A stretch of DNA of 64,000 bases from a candidate division WWE3 bacterium (GCA_013335095.1 JAAXWF010000001.1:150797-214796); one strand, 5' to 3'; numbered from the stretch's first letter, positions 29,241-40,180 are shown. Translations and numbers: made by a program. The notes: a model not told the origin generated them from the sequence alone.

Positions 29241-30707
29241 TTATACTGGAAAATCGGCAATATTGTTATCGGCTGAAGGTTGATACCCAACGATCGCTAA
29301 AACGTCATCGGTAGCGGGTCGGATAACGAGATGCTTCTTCTTGTCAAAAATAAACTGACAAAGGACCTTGTATAGGTCATAATCGAAACGATAGGGGGCA
29401 AGTTGAACATGATCCAATAACCCATCTGAAAGTCGCGCAGTTCCTATATAGCACCAATGATCGATAACGTGAAAATCCGAAGATAATCCACTCGAATCCC
29501 CCTCAATACACATAACTGGCGATGAATACGGCCAGCGTTTTAACCGTATCTGGGATACCGCATTGATAAAACGCTTATTATAGTCATCTGATGACTCCTG
29601 CTTCACACAAGCGCCAAGACATCGGCCGAGTCGATGCGCAAAACAAGCACCGCTGGTTTTTTCGATACCAAGGCGCTTTTCACAGAGTTGATATTGTTCA
29701 GATAAGGCAATCAGACACTCCTTCACCTGTTTCTGAGATTTAAATATGCCAATGAGTGAGTCGAGTGTTAAAGGATCGACTTCGGTAAGAGATCGTATAG
29801 TGGTGGTATAAAACCCATCATCGTCGGTCGCCAGATATGCCGCACGCAGTTGTCGAGAGTTACGTAATTTATGGTTATACAATGGCTGGTACTTCTTAAT
29901 TAAATTCGATTCTAAAATTAATGCCCCTAGCTCACCTACTGTTTGAATCGTGTCGATTCGTTCAACTTGTTGGGCAATCTTCATTTCAGTTGAGGATTGA
30001 TAATCTGCAGAAAAATGCGATAACACTCGGTCCCGGATATGTACACTCTTACCAATGTACAACGGAAGATCATTAAGACCATACATCAAATAAACCCCAG
30101 CCGATGGAGGTAAATATGATAAATCAGATGAAGATAGTTTAACTGGTAGGGCTGGCCGAGGGATAACCGTATCAAGAACATCTTCAATTCGTTCTAATGG
30201 AAAAGATTGCATAATCTGTTGATAAAACTGCCACAGAATGAATACGTCATCATATGCTCGATGACGATTTTCATAGACAAACCCAAATCGACGAATAATC
30301 GAACCGAGATCGTGTTTCTTTTGATCGGGATATAAGGATCTTGAAAGTTTTACCGTACAGAGTTGTTTGGCTTTAAGTGTGTACCCTAATCGGCTAAACT
30401 CGTTACGCACAAAACTAAAATCAAATCGAACATTATGTGCAACAAATATTGAGTTATCTAAAAGAGACAAAAGTTCTTCAGCTATCTGATAAAACGAAGG
30501 TGCAGCTAAAATATCTTTGTTTTGAATTCCAGTGATAGCCGTTATTTCGGAAGGAATGTCCCTTTCAGGATCAATAAAGGTGTGGATCGTTTTAACGATC
30601 TGACCATCTTCAATACGAATTGCAGCAATCTCAATAATCCGATCACTTGATGGATTGAGTCCCGTTGTCTCGACGTCAATAAAAGTTAATATTTTTGGTA
30701 TTTTCAT
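29241..30707 (-). CDS. DEDDh 3'-5' exonuclease (DnaQ-like) fused to GIY-YIG endonuclease (Cho/UvrC-like)
   Basis: DVETTG, AHNVRFD, HRAYDD; GVY...LYIGKS..IRDRV.SHF; QPLYN; Cys cluster. Confidence 0.92.
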   Translation of the reverse strand: MKIPKILTFIDVETTGLNPSSDRIIEIAAIRIEDGQIVKTIHTFIDPERDIPSEITAITGIQNKDILAAPSFYQIAEELLSLLDNSIFVAHNVRFDFSFVRNEFSRLGYTLKAKQLCTVKLSRSLYPDQKKHDLGSIIRRFGFVYENRHRAYDDVFILWQFYQQIMQSFPLERIEDVLDTVIPRPALPVKLSSSDLSYLPPSAGVYLMYGLNDLPLYIGKSVHIRDRVLSHFSADYQSSTEMKIAQQVERIDTIQTVGELGALILESNLIKKYQPLYNHKLRNSRQLRAAYLATDDDGFYTTTIRSLTEVDPLTLDSLIGIFKSQKQVKECLIALSEQYQLCEKRLGIEKTSGACFAHRLGRCLGACVKQESSDDYNKRFINAVSQIRLKRWPYSSPVMCIEGDSSGLSSDFHVIDHWCYIGTARLSDGLLDHVQLAPYRFDYDLYKVLCQFIFDKKKHLVIRPATDDVLAIVGYQPSADNNIADFPV

Positions 30708-30827
30708 CTTGTATTTATGCTACCAAATTACAAAACCCTTGATATGAACGTAGAAGTATCGGCATCATTGACTCATTGCTTTTCGTCGACAGTTTTTGAA
30801 TAATTAAAATACCCTACTGGAGGCGGT

Positions 30828-32528
30828 ATAACTCTATCTAAAAAAACATTTATTATCATAACCTTAGCATTTGCGCTTTTAACCGTTATAACGTATATAA
30901 CTGGTCGAATTGTCGTACTACGAGGATTTAGCAGCATCGAAGAGGCACAGGCACGGTCAACATTAGACCGCATTGCTGAAGCAATTCAGGCCGAACAAGG
31001 ACAAATCGGACGCACCGTAACGGATTGGGCCGAGTGGTCAGACACCTATCGTTATATCGATAATCGCGACCAATCCTACACAGAAACAAATCTCAACGAT
31101 GAAACCCATATTGGATTAGGCTTAAATCTCATTATGTATATTGATAAGAATCAGCAAGTCGTTTTCGGTAATGCATACGATTTAGAAAAACAAGAAAGAG
31201 TTCCGATTCCAAGCGATCTCGTCACGCAAATATTTGATGAACCCAAATTAGTACAACATACATCTACTAACGACCACATTGAAGGTATCTTGATGGTCGG
31301 AGAACGCCCAATGATGGTTGTTGCGAATCCGATCTTAACCAGTGAAAAGGCGGGACCAATTAACGGATCTCTAATCATGGGCCGCTACCTTAGCGATCAA
31401 ATAATTCGTAACCTAAGTGACCAAGTTAAACAAGAATTTAGCGTTCATACATTAAATTCAGTAGGAATACCGAATGAAGTAAAACAAGAGATAGCATCAA
31501 ACCAGGCAATAGTAAAGCCAATAAGCAACGACACCTTAGCTGGCTATATTGCACTAACTGACTTAAATGACAAACCCGTACTAATAGTTGAAGCGCAAAT
31601 TCACCGGGATGTGTATCGACAAGGTCAACAAAGTGTCTGGTATTGGGCAGTTTGGATGATCATTGCTGGGAGCGTAGTTGGCACAGCATTAATGCTGTTC
31701 GTCAAAATAAGTGTGATCGATCGCATGTATCAATTAAATAATGAGATAAAAGGCATCAGTATGAATAGCTTAAATCAACGGTTAACGGTTAAAAATCATG
31801 ACGAAATATCTGAACTTACAATATCGGCTAATAACATGCTTGAAGCAATACAGCAGGCGCAGGCCCAGCTCGAACGATTTGTGTATATTGTTTCCCATGA
31901 TTTACGTTCACCATTAACAGCACTACGTTCTTATGTGGCTGTATTACAAGAAGAAATACAGGAAGGAGATATGAGCATGGTGCTCAATGATCTCGGATCG
32001 ATGGAAAAGATAACAAAAAATATGGGAGAGATGATCGATAATCTTCTGATATTAAGTCGGATTAAACGGGAAGCGCGAGTTAAAGAATCAGTTAACCTAA
32101 ACGACGTCTTACAAAAGATAGAACAAAATGTGAGCATACTCGCAAAAGAAAATCACATCGAATTAGTAATTAGCCCGAACTTTCCGACTCTTCAACTATT
32201 TCGACAACCGATTATCGAAGTATTCAGTAACCTAATCTCTAATGCTATTAAATTTACCTCGGAAAAAGAAAGCGGCCGTATTGAGGTCGGATTTACAGAT
32301 CAAGGTGAAGAATACCACTTTTTTGTAAAAGATGATGGCCCAGGAATACCAAAAGATAATTTAGAAAAGTTATTTACGTTGTTCTTCCGGGACGGTAAAA
32401 AAGCGGGCAGCGGAATTGGCCTTTCGGTCGTAAAAGAATACATTCAATTACATGGAGGCCGAGTTTGGGTTGAATCAGTCGAAGGAAATGGAAGCACTTT
32501 TTGGTTCAGTTTACCTAAAAAGAATTAA
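30828..32528 (+). CDS. CHASE4-HAMP sensor histidine kinase (orphan); frame extends upstream to a probable ATA start
   Basis: Frame open from 30804; encodes TLSKKT + TM helix + DWAEWSDTY CHASE4 motif upstream of the track's ATG 31134; SHDLRSPL, NLISNAIKF, DDGPGI, GSGIGL. Confidence 0.85.
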   Translation: MTLSKKTFIIITLAFALLTVITYITGRIVVLRGFSSIEEAQARSTLDRIAEAIQAEQGQIGRTVTDWAEWSDTYRYIDNRDQSYTETNLNDETHIGLGLNLIMYIDKNQQVVFGNAYDLEKQERVPIPSDLVTQIFDEPKLVQHTSTNDHIEGILMVGERPMMVVANPILTSEKAGPINGSLIMGRYLSDQIIRNLSDQVKQEFSVHTLNSVGIPNEVKQEIASNQAIVKPISNDTLAGYIALTDLNDKPVLIVEAQIHRDVYRQGQQSVWYWAVWMIIAGSVVGTALMLFVKISVIDRMYQLNNEIKGISMNSLNQRLTVKNHDEISELTISANNMLEAIQQAQAQLERFVYIVSHDLRSPLTALRSYVAVLQEEIQEGDMSMVLNDLGSMEKITKNMGEMIDNLLILSRIKREARVKESVNLNDVLQKIEQNVSILAKENHIELVISPNFPTLQLFRQPIIEVFSNLISNAIKFTSEKESGRIEVGFTDQGEEYHFFVKDDGPGIPKDNLEKLFTLFFRDGKKAGSGIGLSVVKEYIQLHGGRVWVESVEGNGSTFWFSLPKKN

Positions 32529-33502
32529 TTAAGTAGAATAGATGCAGTTATCAAGTAAATAGTAATACTTAACAAATCCTGTAATGCTGTAGTAAACGGC
32601 CCGCTGCCGACCGCTTCATCTTTATGGATCATGGTTAGTACAATTGGAGTTAAACAGGCTAAAACAGTAGCTGTCGTCATCGATAAAAACATCGAGATCA
32701 TCACCACAAGTCCAATACTCGTAGAGCCAGAAATTACATATCCGGCAAACCCAGCAATAACGCCCAGAAACACTCCGATAGTCATACCGATCAAAGCCTC
32801 TCTGACAATGTATTGAGTTAACTTGATCTTGAACAGTGTTACCGCCCGAATAAAAATCGCCTCTGTCTGGGTACCGATTGCATCAGACATATACGTCATA
32901 ACCGGAAGGAAAAAAGCCAAAGTGATATGCTGCCTAAAAGACACTTCAAAACTGCTCGTTATTAGGCTTCCAATAAGTCCAACCATTAGTCCAAAGAGTA
33001 GCCACGGTAACCGCGCCCGAACGAGCCTTAACCAATTCATCTGGATCAAATCGGAAAGACCATGATGAACTTCATTAAAACCAGAAGATCTAAGATAGTC
33101 TTCCATGTGTTCAGCATGAAGAATATTTATTACTTGGTCGTCTGAAATAACACCAAGTAAACAATTATCATCGTCAACCACGGTCAATATTGGGGCATCT
33201 TTATGGATAATTTCAGCAACAAGGGAATCTCTTTTAGCTGAGGCTTTTACTGTTAATGGATTAATAACCATTAATTCTTTTAGTAACTGTTTAGGTTTTG
33301 AGATGAGTAACCGGGTAGTCATGACGAGTCCAAGTAAATGATTCGCCTCATCGACGACATAAATGGCATGAATATCATCTAAACTTTTCTTTGCAAGCCG
33401 CTGCATAGTAGCTGAGACAGTATCATCAGCCAAACCAGTGAGTACATTCGTTACCATTAAATCCTTAGCTGTTTCAAGAGTATAGAGCGAATTATCAGTC
33501 AT
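32525..33502 (-). CDS. mgtE: MgtE-family Mg2+ transporter (CBS pair + TM domain; start revised to 33502)
   Basis: IYVVD...LLG CBS domains, RLPWL, GTQT, D.AVGSGPF.TALQD. Confidence 0.88.
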   Translation of the reverse strand: MTDNSLYTLETAKDLMVTNVLTGLADDTVSATMQRLAKKSLDDIHAIYVVDEANHLLGLVMTTRLLISKPKQLLKELMVINPLTVKASAKRDSLVAEIIHKDAPILTVVDDDNCLLGVISDDQVINILHAEHMEDYLRSSGFNEVHHGLSDLIQMNWLRLVRARLPWLLFGLMVGLIGSLITSSFEVSFRQHITLAFFLPVMTYMSDAIGTQTEAIFIRAVTLFKIKLTQYIVREALIGMTIGVFLGVIAGFAGYVISGSTSIGLVVMISMFLSMTTATVLACLTPIVLTMIHKDEAVGSGPFTTALQDLLSITIYLITASILLN

Positions 33503-33572
33503 ACAGTAAGTATACAAACCAGATATGGGTCTCTGCAATGATAAAAGAGTAGAGTACAATAAAGTTGATTTT

Positions 33573-36104
33573 ATGCTCTCAGTCTCAGAATACACGACAC
33601 TTACCGTTGATGATCTATTATCAAAATATTCTTTAAGTAATGAAAAAGGCCTTACTGATGATCAAGTTATAGTTCAACGTCAAGAACACGGCCTAAATCA
33701 AATTACTTCTAAACAAACCTTATGGTGGGAGATTCTAAAACGCCAATTTAGTTCACCTTTTGTATATATCCTGATAGTATGTGCACTTTTACTCGCAATA
33801 ATAGGAGAACCTATCGATGCGGTTATGATTACCCTATTCATTTTATTGAATACGACATTAAGCTTTTATCAGGAATTTCAATCTGAGAAAACTATCCAAC
33901 TACTTAAAGGTATCATATACACCAGAGCGCGCGTGAGACGCAACGGCGTAGAGCAGATCATTGACAGCAAAGATCTAGTTCCAGGCGATATTGTAATTGT
34001 CGAAAATGGCGATGTTATACCCGCTGATCTAAGATTCATTGAAACGACGTCGCTTATGATCAATGAATCCATTCTGAGTGGAGAATCCGCACCAGTACCT
34101 CGACATGATAAACCACTTATAAAGGCAGCGACTGAATTTAACGAAGCAGAAAATATCGGTTTTTCTGGAACTACAGTAGTTTCAGGTAAGGCAATGGGCG
34201 TTGTTATTGGCACAGGAGAACAAACAGCCATTGGCGAAATCTCAAACCTAGTCGAGAAAACACACGGCTCAAGCGGGTTTGAGCAGAATTTATCCAAATT
34301 AAGTACGTTCATCTTATGGATGGTCATAGTAACTCTCATACTCCTCTACATCAGTAATATTTTTATTAAAGGACCCGATGCCAATCCTTTTGAACTACTC
34401 ATATTTTCAATTACCCTGGCTGTTGGAGTTATCCCTGAAGCACTACCAGTGGTAACGACCTTTGCTTTATCGCGTGGTGCTCGAGAGCTTGCAGATAAAA
34501 AAGTTGTCGTAAAAAGACTATCTGCAATTGAGGATCTCGGAAGTATTGATATTTTATGTACCGATAAAACAGGCACGATTACTCAAAACACGCTTACCGT
34601 TGATAGTCTATATGAAGAGCCAGACCAAGATCCCTTGTTTCTGGCATGTTTGGCATCTCCCTTTGGAAATGAAACATCAAAACAGCCGAATAATTCATTT
34701 GACCTGGCGTTACTAAACAGAGCCCCTCAGTCATTTACCGATACAAAATCTCAATATACCTTTGTTGGTGAAGTTCCCTTTGATCCTGAAAGACGCCGTA
34801 ACATTGTCTCGGTTAAAAAAGGAAAGACTCAGATAATGATTGTTCGAGGAGCACCCGAATCAATCTTACCGTTATGCATCAGTTGCAAACAATCTGAACA
34901 GGAGATCTCGAATTGGATGAACCAACAGGGACGAGATGGTAAAAGAATAATTGCTGTAGCAACCAAAGAAATTCCCTTACATACAGCAGATGACAGTTTA
35001 TTAGAGTACGAAAAGGATTTAATTTTTGCTGGCTTAATTTCATTTATCGATCCATTAAAAGACTCCACAATCTCCGCAGTAAATCATGCAAAACAATTAA
35101 ATGTCGGAATAAAAATGATAACGGGAGATAATGCCGAAGTGGCGGGAGCAGTGGGTAAAAAAATTGGAATAGTAGATGATCCCGAGGCGGTAATAACCGG
35201 AACCGAGTTGGATAAATTAACACACGCAGAGCAAGAAGAGGCAGTTGAGAAATATTTCGTCTTTGCCCGCATATCACCTCAACAGAAATACCGGATTATC
35301 GAATTATTGCAAAATAATCACGAAGTCGGTTTCCTCGGGGAAGGTATTAACGATGCCCCAGCTCTAAAATTGGCTAACGTTTCACTGGTTGTACAAGATG
35401 CTTCGGATATTGCCCGAGAAGCGTCAGATATCGTCCTACTGGAATCAGGACTCGACGTAATCGTCATGGGTATCCAAGAAGGCCGAAATGTCTTTGCAAA
35501 TACGGTTAAGTACATCAAAGCAACACTCGCATCAAACTTTGGTAATTTCTTTGCCGTGGCATCAGCGACATATTTCATTAACTTTTTACCGATGCTTCCA
35601 TTACAAATACTGTTGGTTAATTTATTGTCTGATTTCCCGATGATATCAATTGCAACTGATAGAAATGATTTGGATCAGATAAAAATGCCAAAACGATACC
35701 ACATGGGTGAGATTGCTAAACAGGCGCTTATTTTAGGTGTTGTCAGTACTTCATTCGATTTACTTGTATTCCGTTTATTTGTTTCATCTGGCCCACAGGT
35801 TCTACAAACAAATTGGCTAATTAGCAGTATTCTTACTGAGTTAGTCTTTCTATTTTCGATTCGTACCAACCGATTCTTTTTGCATACCGTTGCACCATCA
35901 TTCCCGATCATTTCACTGTCACTGGGAGCGATAATAGCAACATTAGTTATTCCATTCACATCGCTTGGTCGGCAATTATTTAGCTTAACGCCTCCGACTC
36001 AATCAAACTTTATAACAATTGGATTAGTCGTTCTCGTTTACTTTATTAGCACCGAGACCATTAAACTCATTGGATATAAAACTGGATTCTTTTCCGAGAA
36101 ATAA
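33573..36104 (+). CDS. P-type ATPase, MgtA-like (start revised to 33573)
   Basis: SGES, PEALP, CTDKTGT, PFDPERRR, ITGD, GEGINDAPAL, SNFGN, PMLPLQILLVNLL.D. Confidence 0.9.
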   Translation: MLSVSEYTTLTVDDLLSKYSLSNEKGLTDDQVIVQRQEHGLNQITSKQTLWWEILKRQFSSPFVYILIVCALLLAIIGEPIDAVMITLFILLNTTLSFYQEFQSEKTIQLLKGIIYTRARVRRNGVEQIIDSKDLVPGDIVIVENGDVIPADLRFIETTSLMINESILSGESAPVPRHDKPLIKAATEFNEAENIGFSGTTVVSGKAMGVVIGTGEQTAIGEISNLVEKTHGSSGFEQNLSKLSTFILWMVIVTLILLYISNIFIKGPDANPFELLIFSITLAVGVIPEALPVVTTFALSRGARELADKKVVVKRLSAIEDLGSIDILCTDKTGTITQNTLTVDSLYEEPDQDPLFLACLASPFGNETSKQPNNSFDLALLNRAPQSFTDTKSQYTFVGEVPFDPERRRNIVSVKKGKTQIMIVRGAPESILPLCISCKQSEQEISNWMNQQGRDGKRIIAVATKEIPLHTADDSLLEYEKDLIFAGLISFIDPLKDSTISAVNHAKQLNVGIKMITGDNAEVAGAVGKKIGIVDDPEAVITGTELDKLTHAEQEEAVEKYFVFARISPQQKYRIIELLQNNHEVGFLGEGINDAPALKLANVSLVVQDASDIAREASDIVLLESGLDVIVMGIQEGRNVFANTVKYIKATLASNFGNFFAVASATYFINFLPMLPLQILLVNLLSDFPMISIATDRNDLDQIKMPKRYHMGEIAKQALILGVVSTSFDLLVFRLFVSSGPQVLQTNWLISSILTELVFLFSIRTNRFFLHTVAPSFPIISLSLGAIIATLVIPFTSLGRQLFSLTPPTQSNFITIGLVVLVYFISTETIKLIGYKTGFFSEK

Positions 36105-36131
36105 TCACAAAACAGAAATTAATATGAAAAT

Positions 36132-37457
<1,326 letters not shown>

Positions 37458-37490
37458 TCAAGCCAAATTATTACTCAAGACAGTACAAGT

Positions 37491-37519
37491 AAAAATGCCG
37501 GACAACACAATGCCCGGCA
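37491..37519 (-). terminator. Intrinsic terminator
   Basis: Minus strand TGCCGGGCA-ttgtgt-TGTCCGGCA-TTTTT, about 25 nt after the stop of the 37544 ORF. Confidence 0.85.
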
Positions 37520-37543
37520 AAAAATTCCTGAGTACAAAAAACG

Positions 37544-37849
37544 TTACCGTCGCGTACGATAAATAATACGCGGCTTACGCGTGGCAACAACACCTCCAGC
37601 CATTGCAAAAAGAGGGTCACTATTATCCTCTTCATACAAATACGAAGAAATCTCGGCAGTCGCCCTCTCATCGCGTGTAGCTGGTCTCCATCGAGGACAT
37701 GCTCCTTGATGAGCAGATGCTTGTTCGAGTGTCATTCGTGGATGGACAATATCTTTTCCATCTTCCTGTGCCCGCAGGATAATTCGTGCGATACGGCAAC
37801 TGCGACATCCAAGCGGAGTGTGTTTGGTTCGTCCGTGAAGACGGGCCAT
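37544..37849 (-). CDS. Small basic Cys/His-containing hypothetical protein (101 aa; start revised)
   Basis: AGGAGGT SD 6 nt before ATG 37849; own terminator; CRSC and H-x3-C motifs. Confidence 0.7.
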   Translation of the reverse strand: MARLHGRTKHTPLGCRSCRIARIILRAQEDGKDIVHPRMTLEQASAHQGACPRWRPATRDERATAEISSYLYEEDNSDPLFAMAGGVVATRKPRIIYRTRR

Positions 37850-37958
37850 AATCGGACCTCCTTTGCATAACGAATTACAGTGAACAAGAATAATAATATA
37901 TGATGCGTACAAATACCAAATTAGCTAATGAGAAATAGTTACAAATAAATGAAAATTA

Positions 37959-38051
37959 GGGCTGATGCTGCTCGCATATTGTCTGTCTACACGAGCAGCC
38001 CAGCGGGCACTTGGAGACTGTAGTCGGTCTTTAGCCGAAGTGTCCACAGCC
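37959..38051. ncRNA. Candidate structured RNA (multi-stem, family not recognised)
   Basis: GC-rich island in an AT-rich intergenic region with stems GGCTG/CAGCC, GCTGCTCG/CGAGCAGC and GGGCACTT/AAGTGTCC. Confidence 0.45.
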
Positions 38052-38141
38052 ATATATGTTTGCTATTATCGATGAAAAATTTCACAAATCAACCGTTGAC
38101 ATTGTTACGATTAGAAAACATTTAATTGATCTTTATCATAC

Positions 38142-39143
38142 TTATTTACCTATCCATTCTTGTGTACATTTCCACCAACTAGGGTTACCTTGATTCATGC
38201 ACGCAGCTTGAAATTCTAATCCCCATAACAGGCAAAATTCAAAATCGAATTGAGCGATTTTATATAATAGTTCTCGATACATGTCGATGGTAAAGGATCG
38301 ATTTCCTTTGGGATTACTAAAATCCATTTGATCAGGTTTAGATTCCCAAGGTTCGGCCTGTAACTCAGATATAAACGGAGTAGCGTTCCCCACTTTAGTA
38401 TCCCAAATTAATGTACTGAGCAATCTCCAATGACGATCGTGAGCTAAGTTCTTCACATCAAACAAGTTAAATACCCTCCTTTCACTTGAAGGATAGATGT
38501 TAAACCCGAGCAAATCAGGATTTAATGATAACAATCTCTTGAGAATTTTTCGACGAGTTAATGCAGCTACAAGTAGTGGTTCGGTAAATCCCGCTCCCAT
38601 AGTAACTGCAACATTCTTTAATGACCTTGTGCGTAAACAAAAAACTTCATCACGCATATCGGTGTAAGAAATTGTATGTCCCCCAGGACCGGTCATCTCA
38701 AATGGCTCGTTTTCAATTTGGATCGCGTCTACAGCAGGATGATCGGACCAATGATCGACAGAACTCTGCACATAGTTATTAAAAGCTTCTTGAACTCCTA
38801 ATTGATGCTTAGGTATAGAACCCCAAGACGTTATCGTATGATTTAGTAAATGCCACTCGGGGATGTGTACCTCGGGCCAACGTAAATTTTTTATCCCAAT
38901 TACTAAAATAACCTGAATGTTTGCGCTCCTGCATTGCTCAACGACATAATCATGTAAAGAAAAATCAAATACTCCTGGAGAAACTTCCAGCTCGGTCCAC
39001 GGAACAGATACTCGAAGAATCCGAGGATGCATGCCAATAATCTGACTCAATACGTTTTGCCATGACTGGCCAACAGCAGCCCCCCCCCACTCACCAGCCA
39101 ACCACCGACAATAGGAGATTGAAAAGTTTGCCCCAAAAGTCAT
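38142..39143 (-). CDS. Clan GH-A glycoside hydrolase (GH42/GH5-like TIM barrel; start revised)
   Basis: W..LE..PG.FDF, QIENEP (acid/base), SELQAEPW (nucleophile), LLWG. Confidence 0.8.
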   Translation of the reverse strand: MTFGANFSISYCRWLAGEWGGAAVGQSWQNVLSQIIGMHPRILRVSVPWTELEVSPGVFDFSLHDYVVEQCRSANIQVILVIGIKNLRWPEVHIPEWHLLNHTITSWGSIPKHQLGVQEAFNNYVQSSVDHWSDHPAVDAIQIENEPFEMTGPGGHTISYTDMRDEVFCLRTRSLKNVAVTMGAGFTEPLLVAALTRRKILKRLLSLNPDLLGFNIYPSSERRVFNLFDVKNLAHDRHWRLLSTLIWDTKVGNATPFISELQAEPWESKPDQMDFSNPKGNRSFTIDMYRELLYKIAQFDFEFCLLWGLEFQAACMNQGNPSWWKCTQEWIGK

Positions 39144-39211
39144 ACCCATATTGTACGCAAATCCTGTGCATAGATCGAAAAAAGCAGGGATACGATACAA
39201 TCAACTTCTAT

Positions 39212-40180
39212 ATGACCAATCAAAATATTTGGCAAACAATTAAAAAACCGTGCTTTATACTAGCGCCAATGGAAGACGTAACCGATACCGTCTTTCGTCA
39301 GATTGTTGGGTTTTGCGGGGCTCCAGACATATACTTTACGGAGTTTACAAGCGTCGATGGAATCAACTCGCCTGGTAAAGACCACGTAATCCGAAGACTT
39401 ATGTATACCGAGACTGAAAGGCCGTTAATCGCTCAAATATGGGGCAAAAATCCCGAGAATTATTACAAGGCAGCACAGATGCTTGTACATATGAAATTTG
39501 ATGGAATCGACATCAATATGGGCTGTCCAGATGCTTCTGTTATTAAGCAAGGATGTTGTTCAGCACTGATCGAAAACCAATCTCTGGCTAGCGAAATAAT
39601 AAAGGCGACTCAAGAAGGCGCTGCCTCCCTTCCTGTTAGCGTCAAAACAAGAATCGGCTTTAGGGTTAAAAAAACTGAAGAATGGCTATCATTTCTACTC
39701 AATCACAATTTAGCCGCATTAACCGTACATGGAAGAACCGCATCCGAGATGTCTAAGGTGCCCGCACAATGGGATGAGATAGCAAAAGCAGTGGAAATAA
39801 AGAAACAACTACAAAAAGATACCATCATCATCGGTAACGGAGACGTACTGTCATATGCCGATGGATTACTGAAAGTAGAACAAGCTGGCGTTGATGGCGT
39901 AATGATTGGTCGTGGAATATTTAGTAATCCTTGGATATTTAATACGGCTATAAATCCGGAAGAGGTGACGATTAAACAGCGACTAGAACTTCTTATCAGA
40001 CATGTTGAATTATTCGACGTAACATGGGGTACAACCAAAAATTTTGACATTCTAAAAAAGTTCTTCAAGATATATGTCAGTGGTTTTTCTGGAGCTCACG
40101 AGTTACGTTCAGAATTAATGAATATGAAAGCGGCTCCTGAGGTGTTACAACGAGTGCGCGAGTTTTTATCACAGCTTTAA
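39212..40180 (+). CDS. dus: tRNA-dihydrouridine synthase (start revised to 39212)
   Basis: LAPMEDVTD, DINMGCP, SVKTRIG, VHGRT, GNGDV, GVMIGRG. Confidence 0.95.
   Translation: MTNQNIWQTIKKPCFILAPMEDVTDTVFRQIVGFCGAPDIYFTEFTSVDGINSPGKDHVIRRLMYTETERPLIAQIWGKNPENYYKAAQMLVHMKFDGIDINMGCPDASVIKQGCCSALIENQSLASEIIKATQEGAASLPVSVKTRIGFRVKKTEEWLSFLLNHNLAALTVHGRTASEMSKVPAQWDEIAKAVEIKKQLQKDTIIIGNGDVLSYADGLLKVEQAGVDGVMIGRGIFSNPWIFNTAINPEEVTIKQRLELLIRHVELFDVTWGTTKNFDILKKFFKIYVSGFSGAHELRSELMNMKAAPEVLQRVREFLSQL

Noticed and set aside
29009-29314. 101-aa plus-strand ORF in the track
   Set aside because: TTG start without RBS, overlaps the exonuclease 3' end, and the SD and terminator signals point to the minus strand.
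33502-33595. Overlapping head-to-head starts for mgtE (33595) and the ATPase (33525)
   Set aside because: Longest-ORF artefact. Internal ATGs with -10 boxes remove the overlap. The same applies to GH/dus at 39062-39200.
37959-38051. tRNA, hammerhead or SRP Alu interpretation
   Set aside because: No TTCRA T-loop or 7-nt anticodon loop. CTGATGC is not CUGANGA. CTGTAGTC resembles the Alu hinge but flanking helices and an S domain are missing.
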